64,000 nt of DNA from contig JALHOG010000001.1 in the NCBI GenBank assembly GCA_022843125.1, positions 6,088-70,087 of the forward strand, written 5' to 3'. Positions 18,835 through 29,400 of this stretch are shown one piece after another. How positions within the stretch are numbered: the stretch's first letter is position 1; each line of letters begins with the position of its first letter. Source of the DNA: Ilumatobacteraceae bacterium. Its GTDB lineage: Bacteria > Actinomycetota > Acidimicrobiia > Acidimicrobiales > Ilumatobacteraceae. The notes beneath the pieces are model-generated. The model ran no database searches, was not told the origin of the DNA, and saw only the letters and a program-made list of their open reading frames with translations. The translations under genes were made by a program, and so were the position numbers.

Positions 18835-21800
18835 ATGAGCGGAGAAGCGGGAACGAGCGTGCCGGCACGCCGCGTCGCGATCGTCGGCGACGCGACGTTG
18901 ACCGGGCAGTGCGTCGAGGTGGCGCGTGGACGCGGGCTCGATGTCGTGGTCGTGGCGACCGAGCACCCCCACGTACGAGCGCAGGCCTCGGAGTTCGGTG
19001 TCCCCGTCGTCGCATCGGCCGACGTCGTCCGGGGCGCGCTCGACGTGTTCGAGTTCGACGTGCTCCTGAGCATCGCGAACCTCCGTGTGCTGCCCGAGTC
19101 GGTGCTGCGCCGTGCTCGGTACGCGATCAACTTCCACGACGGGCCGCTGCCGGCGCTCGCAGGGCTGAACGTCACCACATGGGCGATCCTCGCCGGTGCC
19201 GAGACCCATGCCGTCACGTGGCACCTGATGACCGACGACGTGGATGGCGGCGCCGTCGTCACCACCGAGTCGTTCGACATCGACGGCGATGACACCGCGT
19301 TCTCGCTCAATGCTCGCTGCTACGAGGCGGCGATGGTCAGCTTTCCGCGCGTGGTCGATGCGCTCGTGTCCGGTCGGATCGAGGCGACGCCGCAGCCGGC
19401 CGGGGAGCGGCGCACGTGCAAACGCTTCGAGCGTCCTGCGTTGATCATCGATCCGGCTCGTCACGCAGTCGCAACGGTCCGGGAGATCCGCGCCTGCAGC
19501 CTCGGTCATGCCGCTCCCAACTCGATCGGCGCGTCGCACCTCATTGCCAACGGACAGGTCGTGGTCGTCACGGGTGCTCGCATCGCCGAGTCCGTCGGGG
19601 CGCCGGCCGGCACGGTGACGATCGACGATGGCGCGCTCCGGTTGGCGGCCACCGGTGGTGACATCGTGATCGACGGGATCGAATCGGTCGACGGCCGTCA
19701 GCTCCTGCCTGCCGACGCGCTCGCCACTCTCGGCCTCACGTCAGGCTCGGTCGTGCCGAGCCCGGCGCCTGCGTTGGCGGATGCATTCGCCGCGCTCGAC
19801 CCTGCCCTCGCCCGCCATGAACCCTTCTGGCGAACTGCGCTCGCGGGCATGTCGTCCTCGGCACGACCGTGGTTCCTCGAACGCCCCACGTCGTCGCCGG
19901 CGGTGGTGCGCCGCGACCTGCCACGCGGCGCAACGCCCGACGACGTGGCTGCCGCCATCGCGGCATGGAGCCGCCGAGCGCTCGGCGCCGCCGAGGCGGT
20001 GTTCGCCGTCGCCGACGAGTCGGCACGATCCTGCGTCGCAGCGCTGTTCCCGCTCGCACAGCAGCCCGTGGTGCGGATCGCCGTCGACGACGGCGTCCCG
20101 TTCGGAGAGCTCTGCCACCGAGCTGCGCGCACGCGGACCGAAGCACTCGACCACGGGCCGTTCCTGAGCGACCTGGTCGGACGTGATCCGGTGCTGCGAG
20201 GGACGGTGATCGCGCCGCATCTGACACTCGACACCAGAACCGCCGAGATCGCGCCCGACGCCCATCCACACGCACCGTCATCGACGCTGCGCGTGGGCGT
20301 CCACGACGGACGCCTCGAGTGCCGCGGGCCTGCTGAGCAGCGCTCGCTCGAGCGGTTCGCCGATCAGATCGTCGTGCTGCTGGCCGCCGGCCTCGCGGCT
20401 CCCGGCACACCCATCGGCGAACTGCCGATGCTCGGCGCCGACGAAGTCGCCGAGCTCGATTCGATCAACCGCACCGAGATCACGTTCGACCGCGACGCCA
20501 CGATCGACGAGCTGTTCCGCCGGCAGGCCGAGCGCACACCGGCCGCGCCCGCACTCACATTCGGCGGCGAGACGCTCACCTACGAGCAACTCACCCGACG
20601 CGTCGACGCGATCGCTTCCCAGCTCGCTGCAGCCGGTGTCGGGCGGAACGACCGCGTCGGCATCGCGCTCGAGCGGAGCGCCGACATGGTGGCGTCGGTA
20701 CTCGCCACGCTCGCGTGCGGTGCCGCCTACGTGCCGCTCGACCCCACCTACCCGCCCGACCGCATCTCGCTGATGATCGAGGACAGCGGTCTGCGGGTCC
20801 TCGTCGCCGAGCCCGGCAACCCCGTGGTCGTCGGCGCGCCCGATGGCGTCGTGGTGATCCAGCCGACGCCCGACAGAACCGGCGCCGGTGCGTCCCTGCC
20901 GGTGGGCGGCCACATCGCCGACGATCTCGCGTACGTCATCTACACCTCGGGTTCGACGGGCACGCCCAAGGGCGTGATGCTCGAGCACCGGAACGTCGTC
21001 AATTTCTTCGCGGCCATGGACGCCGTGATCGACCACGATCCCCCCGGCGTCTGGCTCGCCGTCACGAGCCTCTCGTTCGACATCTCCGTCCTGGAGTTGC
21101 TGTGGACCGTGACCCGCGGCTTCCACGTCGTCGTCAAGCCGGACAGCGGGGCGAAGGCGATGCGACGGCACGCTCCGGCTCTCCGGCCGATGTCGATGAG
21201 CCTCTTCTACTTCGCTGCCGGCGAGGACACCGCCGCCGACGGCTATCGGCTGCTGCTCGACAGTGCTCGGTGGGCCGATGCCCAGGGGCTGGAGGCGGTG
21301 TGGACGCCCGAGCGGCACTTCCACGCGTTCGGCGGTGCCTACCCCAACCCGTCGGTGATCGGCGCCGCGATCGCTGCCGTCACCGATCGCATCCGCATCC
21401 GTGCGGGCAGCGTGGTGGCCCCGCTGCACTCGCCGGCCCGGATCGCCGAGGAATGGGCCGTCGTCGACAACCTGTCGGGTGGTCGCGTCGACATCTCGTT
21501 CGCAGCCGGATGGCAGCCCAACGACTTCGTCCTCAACCCCGATGCGTACGCGACCGCCCGCGAGTCGCTGCCGAGCATCGTCGACACCGTGCGGCGGCTG
21601 TGGCGCGGCGAATCGGTCGACATGGCAGGTCCCGACGGCGCGATGGTGCCCATCCGGACCCTCCCGCGCCCGATCCAGCCGGAACTCCCGGTGTGGCTCA
21701 CCTCGGCCGGGTCGACCCCCACCTTCGAGCGCGCCGGGGCGATGGGTGTCAACCTGCTCACGCACCTCCTCGGCCAGTCGATCGAGCAGCTGGCGGAGAA

Positions 21801-23496
21801 CGTCGCCGCGTATCGGCGGGCGTGGCGCGACGCAGGCCACCCGGGCGAGGGGCGTGTGACGCTCATGCTGCACACCTACCTGCACGACGACGCCGACGAG
21901 GCACGTCGCGTCGCCCATGAACCGATGAAGCGGTACCTCGGCACGGCGGCCGGCCTGCTCCGCAACATGGCCTCGGCGTTCCCGGTGTTCGCGGGGAGCG
22001 GGAAGGACGCCGACGAGGCGTTCGCCTCGCTGACCCCCGACGAGCTCGACCAATTGCTCGAGATGGCGGCCGCTCGCTACCTGCACACGAGTGGCCTGTT
22101 CGGCACGGTCGACGACGCCGCCGAGCTGCTCGCCCGGTGCAGCGCCGCCGGTGCCGACGAGATCGCGTGCCTGGTCGACTTCGGCATCGACACCGACGCC
22201 GTGCTCGGCTCCCTGCCGTTGCTCGGCGCCGTGCACAATCGGTTGGTCGCCGGTCGGGCGGCCGGGTCACCGGCGGTATCGGAGGCTGTCGACGCGCTCG
22301 ACGTCTCGTTCGCCCAGCTCGTCGCCGATCACTCGGTCACCCACCTGCAGTGCACACCGTCGTTGGCCACGATGCTCGTCGCCGATCCCGCCGACCGCGC
22401 TGCGCTCGGCACGATCCCGCATGTCATGCTCGGTGGCGAGGCGCTCCCGACAGCGCTCGCATCCGAGCTGACGGCGATGTTGCCGGGCCGGCTCACCAAC
22501 ATGTACGGCCCGACCGAGACCACCATCTGGTCGCTCGTGCACGACGTCACATCGGTGCCTTCGACGGGCATCCCGATCGGCCGCCCGATCGGGAACAACA
22601 CGGTCTTCGTGCTCGACCCCGCTGGGCGTCGGCTCCCGATCGGCGCGTTCGGTGAGCTCCACATCGGCGGTGACGGGGTGGCGCGCGGATACCACGAGCG
22701 ACACGAGCTCACGGCACAGCGCTTCGTCGACCGGCCGGGCATGGGCCGCGTGTACGCGACCGGCGACGTCGTCCGGTTCAACGGTGACGGGATCGTCGAG
22801 TTCGCCGGGCGCTCTGATCACCAGGTGAAGATCCGTGGCCATCGCATCGAGCTCGGCGAGATCGAGACCGTGATCGACGGCCACCCCGACATCGTCCAAT
22901 CGGTCGTCGTCGCCCACCGCCCTCCGACGGGCGACCCGCGGCTGGTGGCCTTCGTGGTCACGAGCGCCGGGGTGCCCGTCGACGAGGCGCTCGTGCGCAG
23001 CTCGGTCGGCGAGCGGCTCCCCGAGGCGTATGTGCCGACTCGCGTGGTGCGGCTCGACGGGTTGCCGCTCACCCCCAACGGCAAGACCGACCGGAGCCGG
23101 CTGGAAGCCGATGTCGAGGCGTACCTCGCAGGTGTGCCCGATGTCGAGCTCGCCACTCCTGTTCTCGACGACGACACGGAACAGCTCGTGGCCGAGGTGT
23201 GGCAGGCCGAGTTGCGCCGTCCAGTCGGACCCGATGACAACTTCTTCGAGATCGGCGGCAACTCGCTGCTCGCCGTCACGGTGTTCCGCTCGGTGTGCGA
23301 GCGGACGGGTGCCGAACTCGCACTGACCGACGTCTTCCGCTTCCCGACGATCCGCACCTTCGCCGCCCACCTCCGACGTGTCTCCGAGCAGCGCGCCGGT
23401 GGCGCGTCCGGCCCGGAGGCAGCGGCATCGGCGCCGAGCGGCGCGATCGACCGCGGCGCGATGCGGCGGCGGGCGCTCGCCAGGCGAGGGGGATGA
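18835..23496 (+). CDS. NRPS loading protein: formyltransferase-like, C-terminal half of a condensation domain, adenylation domain interrupted by an LLM, then PCP
   Basis: ORF 18763..23496. Start taken at ATG 18835, preceded by GAGGCGGAGAAGAG. A-domain core motifs are A3 YTSGSTGTPKG (20941-20973), A4 FDIS (21076-21087), A5 NMYGPTE (22498-22518), YATGD, GRSDHQVKIRGHRIELGEIE and PNGKTDR. The PCP motif FFEIGGNSL has its Ser codon at 23263-23265. Confidence 0.9.
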   Translation: MSGEAGTSVPARRVAIVGDATLTGQCVEVARGRGLDVVVVATEHPHVRAQASEFGVPVVASADVVRGALDVFEFDVLLSIANLRVLPESVLRRARYAINFHDGPLPALAGLNVTTWAILAGAETHAVTWHLMTDDVDGGAVVTTESFDIDGDDTAFSLNARCYEAAMVSFPRVVDALVSGRIEATPQPAGERRTCKRFERPALIIDPARHAVATVREIRACSLGHAAPNSIGASHLIANGQVVVVTGARIAESVGAPAGTVTIDDGALRLAATGGDIVIDGIESVDGRQLLPADALATLGLTSGSVVPSPAPALADAFAALDPALARHEPFWRTALAGMSSSARPWFLERPTSSPAVVRRDLPRGATPDDVAAAIAAWSRRALGAAEAVFAVADESARSCVAALFPLAQQPVVRIAVDDGVPFGELCHRAARTRTEALDHGPFLSDLVGRDPVLRGTVIAPHLTLDTRTAEIAPDAHPHAPSSTLRVGVHDGRLECRGPAEQRSLERFADQIVVLLAAGLAAPGTPIGELPMLGADEVAELDSINRTEITFDRDATIDELFRRQAERTPAAPALTFGGETLTYEQLTRRVDAIASQLAAAGVGRNDRVGIALERSADMVASVLATLACGAAYVPLDPTYPPDRISLMIEDSGLRVLVAEPGNPVVVGAPDGVVVIQPTPDRTGAGASLPVGGHIADDLAYVIYTSGSTGTPKGVMLEHRNVVNFFAAMDAVIDHDPPGVWLAVTSLSFDISVLELLWTVTRGFHVVVKPDSGAKAMRRHAPALRPMSMSLFYFAAGEDTAADGYRLLLDSARWADAQGLEAVWTPERHFHAFGGAYPNPSVIGAAIAAVTDRIRIRAGSVVAPLHSPARIAEEWAVVDNLSGGRVDISFAAGWQPNDFVLNPDAYATARESLPSIVDTVRRLWRGESVDMAGPDGAMVPIRTLPRPIQPELPVWLTSAGSTPTFERAGAMGVNLLTHLLGQSIEQLAENVAAYRRAWRDAGHPGEGRVTLMLHTYLHDDADEARRVAHEPMKRYLGTAAGLLRNMASAFPVFAGSGKDADEAFASLTPDELDQLLEMAAARYLHTSGLFGTVDDAAELLARCSAAGADEIACLVDFGIDTDAVLGSLPLLGAVHNRLVAGRAAGSPAVSEAVDALDVSFAQLVADHSVTHLQCTPSLATMLVADPADRAALGTIPHVMLGGEALPTALASELTAMLPGRLTNMYGPTETTIWSLVHDVTSVPSTGIPIGRPIGNNTVFVLDPAGRRLPIGAFGELHIGGDGVARGYHERHELTAQRFVDRPGMGRVYATGDVVRFNGDGIVEFAGRSDHQVKIRGHRIELGEIETVIDGHPDIVQSVVVAHRPPTGDPRLVAFVVTSAGVPVDEALVRSSVGERLPEAYVPTRVVRLDGLPLTPNGKTDRSRLEADVEAYLAGVPDVELATPVLDDDTEQLVAEVWQAELRRPVGPDDNFFEIGGNSLLAVTVFRSVCERTGAELALTDVFRFPTIRTFAAHLRRVSEQRAGGASGPEAAASAPSGAIDRGAMRRRALARRGG
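18868..19700 (+). other. formyltransferase-like domain (N and C subdomains) of the loading protein; boundaries approximate
   Basis: Contains RRVAIVGD...AINFHDGPLPALAGLN. Asn 19129-19131 and His 19135-19137 match the N-x-H of FMT/GART-type transferases. LMTDDVDGG supplies the Asp. Confidence 0.7.
21190..22230 (+). other. LLM domain inserted between A4 and A5 of the adenylation domain; boundaries approximate
   Basis: Contains MSMSLFYFAAGEDTAADGYRLLLDSARWADAQGLEAVWTPERHFHAFGGAYPNPSVIGAAIAAVTDRIRIRAGSVVAPLHSPARIAEEWAVVDNLSGGRVDISFAAGW...ACLVDFGIDTD. This is the pattern of FMN-dependent LLM domains found embedded in NRPS/PKS proteins. Confidence 0.8.
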
Positions 23497-26400
23497 GCGT
23501 GCAGGACGACGCAAACGCCGAGACAGACATCGCGATCGTCGGCATGTCGGGCCGCTTCCCGGGCGCGCCCGACGCCGAGGCGCTGTGGGAGCGCGTCGTG
23601 GCCGGCGACGACTGCCTCGCCGATCTCGACCCGAGATCACTCATCGCCGCCGGTGTCGACGCAGCGCTGGTTCGCCGACCCGAGTTCGTGCCGCGTGCCG
23701 GCGTGATCGAGGGCGTCGATCAGTTCGACCACGACTTCTTCGGGATCAGCCACCGCGATGCGTCGGTCATGGATCCGCAGCACCGGCATTTCATGGAGTC
23801 GGCGTGGGAGGCGCTCGAGTCGTCGGGCAACACGCCCGAGGGCTTCGACGGGGCGATCGGTGTGTTCGCCGGGTCCGGGATGAACACGTACCTGCTGCAC
23901 AACCTGCTGACGAACCCGTCGCTCGTCGAACAGCTCGGCTGGTTCCTGCTCCGTCACACCGGGAACGACAAGGACTTCCTCACCACCACGCTCTCGTACC
24001 GGCTCGGCCTCCGCGGCCCCTCGGTCAACGTGCAGACCGCCTGCTCGACGTCGCTCGTCGCCGTGCACCTGGCGGTGCAGAGCCTGCTCTCGTTCGAGTG
24101 CGACCTGGCGCTCGCCGGCGGCGTCACGATCGAGTTCCCGCACGGTCGCGGCTACGAGTACCGCGAGGGGGAGATCCTCTCCCCGAACGGTCGCTGTCGA
24201 GCGTTCGATGCCGCATCCGACGGGACGGTCATCACCGGGGGTGCTGCGGTCGTGGCCCTCCGCCGCCTCGCCGACGCCCAGCAGAACGGCGACCCGATCC
24301 TCGCGGTCATCAAGGGCTCGGCCGTCAACAACGACGGCAACCGCAAGGTGGGGTACTTGGCACCCAGCGTCGACGGCCACGCAGATGTGGTCAAGGAGGC
24401 GCTCACGGTCAGCGGTGTCGACCCGAGGTCGATCGGCCTGCTCGAGGCCCACGGCACGGGCACCGCCGTCGGTGACCCGATCGAGGTCGCCGCACTCACC
24501 GAGGCGTTTCGCTCGGGCACCGCCGACCAGGGCTTCTGCCGGCTCGTCTCGACGAAGCCCAACATCGGGCACCTCGACACGGCGGCCGGCACGGCGAGCC
24601 TCATCAAGGTGGTCCAGGCGTTACGCCACGGCATCCTGCCCCCGCTCGCCAACCACACCGCGCCGAGCCCGCTGCTCGGCATCGAGCGGACCCCGTTCGT
24701 GCTGTCGGCCGAGGCCGCCCCATGGACCGCTGACGGCCCGCGCCGGGCCGGCGTCAGCTCGCTCGGTGTCGGTGGCACGAATGCGCACGTGGTCGTCGAG
24801 GAGGCGCCGCCCGTACCGCCGACGCCCGCGGCAGTTCCGGGGCAGATCATCACGTTGTCGGGCTCCTCGCGTGCGGCGGTCGACGACGCGGCCGAGCGTC
24901 TCGCCGCATTCATCGAGCGGCAGCCCGAGACCAACCTCGCCGACGTTGCGCACACGATGATCACGGGCCGCCGTGTGCATCGCCATCGGCGGGTGGTGGC
25001 CGTCACCGATGCGTCCAGCGCGCCCGCAGAGCTCCGTAGCACCGATCGTCGGCGCTGTCCAACGGCCGAGGCGCCCGCCGAGCGACCCCAGATCGCGTTC
25101 GTCTTCCCGGGCGGTGGCTCGCAATACCCGGGCATGGGGGCCGGGCTCGACGCCCGTTTCGACGAGTTCCACCGCGTCCGGCGTGAGGGCATCGAGATCG
25201 TGCGTCGGCTCGGCGGTGCCGATCTCGACCCGCTGCTCTCCGACGGTGGCGACGCCGATCTGCTCCGCCAGCCGACCGCGTCGCTGCCCGCCGTGTTCAT
25301 CACGTCGACCGCGCTCGCCCGCCAGTGGCAGACATGGGGCGTCGAGCCGGACGTCATGGTCGGGCACAGCCTCGGTGAGTACGTCGCTGCGCACCTCGCG
25401 GGCGTGATCTCGTACGAGGACGCGCTGCGGCTCGTGGTCGTCCGCTCGGCGCTCATGGAGCGCGCAGCCGTCGGTGGTGCGGCGATGCTCGTCGTTCCAC
25501 TGCCCGAAGCCGAGGTGGTGCGTCGGCTCCCCGCCGAGCTGTCGCTCGCCACGGTGAACACCGACGACGAGTGCGTCGTCGCCGGCCCGGCCGACGCCGT
25601 GTCCCGGTTCGCCGACGCCCTGACCGGAGAGGGCATCGAGGTGACCCGCATCCCGCTCGCCGCCGCAGCTCACTCGTCGATGCTCGACGGCGTGCTCGAC
25701 GAGTTCGAAGCGGTCGTGCGCACGGTCACGCTCCACTCGCCGCAGCGTCCATATCTCTCGAACGTCACCGGGACCTGGATCACCGAACAGCAGGCCACCG
25801 ACCCGCGCTACTGGGTGCAGCACCTGCGGGGCACGGTCCGCTTCGCAGACGGGCTGCGGACGGCGATCGGGGAGCGAACGACCGTCGTGGTCGAGCTGGG
25901 CCCGGGCCAGACGCTGGCGTCGTACGCCCGCCGCAGCGGCCTGCCCGTGCGGGCGATCTCGACCCTGCGACACCCCGACGACCTCGTCAGTGATGTCAAC
26001 CACACGCTGGGTGCGTTCGCGCAGCTCTGGACGCACGGAGTCGACGTCGACCTCGACCACACGACAGGTGAGGGTCGAGGTGAGGGTCGCCGGAAGCTCC
26101 GGCTGCCGACCTACCCGTTCCAGCGGGTGCGGTGCTGGATCGAGCCGGGCAGCGGTTCGGCGCTCGGAGGGAGCAATCCCTCGGCGTCGACCGACATCGA
26201 ACCCGCCGTCGAACGGTTCGCGGACGTCGATCAGATGGGTTGGCAGCTCACCTGGGTCGAAGCGCCTGATCCCGAGCGCGTCGCGAGCGAGCGGCGCTGG
26301 ATCGTCGTCGGCGGCGCGGATGCGGTCGTCGACGAGCTACGGTGCCGTGGGCGCACGGTCGTGCGCCGCGATCGTCTCGTGCTCGACGATGCCGAGTTGG

Positions 26401-29400
26401 TGGGCGATGAGTCCGCCCCGGTGGGCGTGCTGCTCGCCGGTTCGGGCGGCGACGTCGAGGGAGCGATGTCGCTCTGGCTCGATCAGGCTGCGGACGCCGT
26501 CCGCTGGCTGTCGAACACGTCGACCGACCCGCGCTTCGTCGCACTCACCTCGGCGGCGATGCCCGCTGGAGGCTCGGTCACGAACCCCATCGACGCACTC
26601 GCGATGGGTGCGGTCCTGGTGGCGCCCCGCGAGTACGCCGGGCTCGCGACGGCCCTGGTCGATGTCGTCGAGGGTGCCGACGTCGACATCGGTGCGATCG
26701 TCGACGAGATCGAGGGGGCGAGCGGCATCGTGGTGCTGGGCGACGGGCAGCGCCGCTCGCCGGGACCGGTCGCCGAGGCGCCGACATCGTTCGACGCGCA
26801 GCCGGGGATCCGGCACGGCGGGACCTACGTGGTCACCGGTGGATTGGGCGGGATCGGTGAGGTGATCGCAGCGCACCTCGCGACGCAGCACGCGACCAAC
26901 CTGGTGATCCTCACCACCGACGACCTCCCCCGGGGGATCGATCGCGACCGCTTCCTTCGCCGGCACGCGTACGACCACCCCACCTGCCGCCGCCTCCGGA
27001 GGATCGCCCATCTCGAGCAGCTCGGCGTCAAGGTGGTCGTCGAGCGCGCCGACGTGAGCGACCCCGACCAGATCCGGGCGGCACTCGACGCTGCCGAGCG
27101 GACCGTCGGTCCGATCGACGGTGCGATCCACGCTGCGGGCCGGTTGCGCGACCGCCCGATCGGGCTCGCCACGCCCGACGACCACCGGTTCGTCATCGAG
27201 CCGAAAGTCGGCGCGGCGGTCGTGCTCGCGTCCGAGCTCGCACGACGCGGCGCCGATCTGCTCGTGCTCGTGTCGTCGACGAGCACGATCCTCGCTCCCG
27301 AGGGCCAGATGTCGTACGTCGCTGCCAACGGTGTGCTCGACGCGATGGCCGGCGACCGGAACGGACTCCGGATCGTGACGCTGTCGTCGGGCGTCTGGTC
27401 GGGTCTCGGCATGGCGACCGAGGCCGGCCGGCGTTCCCGACTCGCGCTTCCGGGCGGCGACGCGCTGGAGCACCCGGTGTTCGCCGAGGGAGGGCTCGAC
27501 CATCGCGGCGATTTCGTCGCGACCGGGCAGCTCCACCCGCAGCACCACTGGGTGGTCGATGATCACCGGACTGCCGATGGCACAGCGGTCCTGCCCGGAA
27601 CCGGGCATGTGGCGCTCCTGCTCGCAGCGGCCCGGCTCGCCGGGGTGAACCACCCGCAGCTCGACGACGTCACGCTGATCGAGCCCCTGATCGTCCCCGA
27701 TGACCGTCCGGTGACGGTGCGGGTCGTGGTCGAGCGCGACGTCGACGGTCGCAGGGCAGTGCGCGTCGACAGCGATGGTGGAGGGGGCGCACAGTGGACG
27801 ACGCACAGCGAAGCGACCGTGTCGGATGGGCCCGCCGCAGCGCGCCGGATCGACATCGATGCGATCGTCGCACGCTGCGGACTCGATGCGGGTCATCCCA
27901 TGGCGGCGGCGGCGGAGCACCTCGTGCTCGGGCCGATGTGGCAGCTGGACGGCCAGGTGTGGCTTGGCGACCGCGAGGCCTTCGGACGGGTCGCAGGAGG
28001 CGACGACACCGATGTCGACGACGGATGGATCGCACATCCCTCGGTGGTCGATCTGGCCACCGGTGTCGCGATCGCGCTGGCCGCATCGGAAGGTTCGCAG
28101 CTCTTCGTGCCCGTTGCGTACGAAGCGGTGCGTCTCAGCGCTCCGGTGATGGGCCCCTGTGTCGTACACGCGACGCGGCGCCCCTCCGACACCGGAGACC
28201 TCGTCGCCGACATCGTGATCGCGAATGCGGATGGCACGGCACTGCTCACGATCGACGGTCTCCACCTTCGCGGGATCGACGTCTCCGTGTTGTCCAATGC
28301 ATCCCAACACCACACGGCCGGAGCACCGGGCGGAGCGGGAACGGACCGCGGCGTGCTCGATCTCGCCGAGCCGCTCGGCCTGCGCCCCGAGGAGGCACTT
28401 CCCTGGTTCGATCGTCTGGTGGGGTCCGACCTCGACCGGGTCATCGTGACGTCGATCGACCTCGAATCGCTGCGACGCACCGAAGCACCGGCTCACGGGG
28501 GCACGCCTGCGGCGGTCGACCGACCCGGCGTCACGGCCGGTCTCGACGATCAGCTCACACTGATGTGGCAGGAACTGCTCGGCGTCGCCCAGGTCGGACC
28601 CGACGACGACTTCTTCGACCTCGGCGGGCACTCCCTCATGGCGATCCGCCTCATGACGCGCATCAAGCGCGAGCTCGGCGTGCGCTTCGAGCTCTCGACG
28701 ATCTTCGAGGCATCGACCGTCCCTGCGCTCGCGGCCCTCGTCCGGCAGCAGCGCCCGGACATCGATGCGGCCCTGTCGTCGTCATCGGGTGAGGCCGCAG
28801 CCGCGCCCCTCGCCGTCGGTCAGATGCCGGCACCAGTGCGCAAGCAACTCGTGACGATCAGTCGTCGTGGGGAGCGGCGGCCGTTCTACGTGGTGCACGG
28901 TGCCGGCGGCAATGTGCTGTTCCTGTCGACGCTCGCACGCGCGCTCGCCGGAGATCGGCCGATCCACGGCTTCCAGGCGATCGGCGTCAACGAAGGTGAG
29001 ATCCCCGATCGGTCGATCGAGGAGATGGCGGCCCGCTACGTCGCCGAGCTGCGAGAGCACTCCCCGGCCCCCTATCTCCTGGGCGGGTACTCGGGCGGTG
29101 GGATCGTGGCGCTCGAGATGGTGCGGCAGCTCGCTGCGCTGGGTGACCAGGTGGAGCACCTCGTCCTGTTCGACAGCGCACCACCGGGAACCACCTGGCC
29201 ACGATTCCGCGTCCGCTGGACCCGTCTGCTCCGCCGGCTGCTCGCCGGCGAGGCGGCACCCGTCAAGGCGCACACCATCCGGGGCGTGAAGGCGTCGCTG
29301 CGGCGAGTACTGCCGGAGCGGGCCGAACAGCGCCAGGAGCATGACCTGCAGGAGCGAGCGCTCGGCTACGCCGGCGACGACACGGGATTCGTCAACCTCT

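Noticed and set aside
17405-19015. N-terminal extensions of many track ORFs: 7680..9110, 8651..9898, 16321..17361, 17405..19015, 23295..29693, 31025..32140, 42414..44321, 45326..48196, 50360..52078, 50546..52072, 51301..53004, 54455..55906, 58967..60319, 59950..60912 and 60789..61634.
   Set aside because: The extensions overlap the preceding gene, are low-complexity, and precede an internal start with an RBS or a stop/start overlap at the point where family homology begins. Coordinates were trimmed accordingly.
20278-22236. Long antisense or out-of-frame ORFs over the megasynthase and other genes. Examples are 20278..22236 -, 26337..28631 -, 36422..39151 -, 36874..39192 +, 24152..25651 -, 45434..47953 -, 14207..16195 +, 56377..57927 - and 61972..63573 +.
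   Set aside because: Their translations are Arg/Pro/Gly/Ala-rich low-complexity strings with no motifs. Each is fully overlapped by a frame with unmistakable family motifs. Such shadow ORFs are expected in high-GC DNA.
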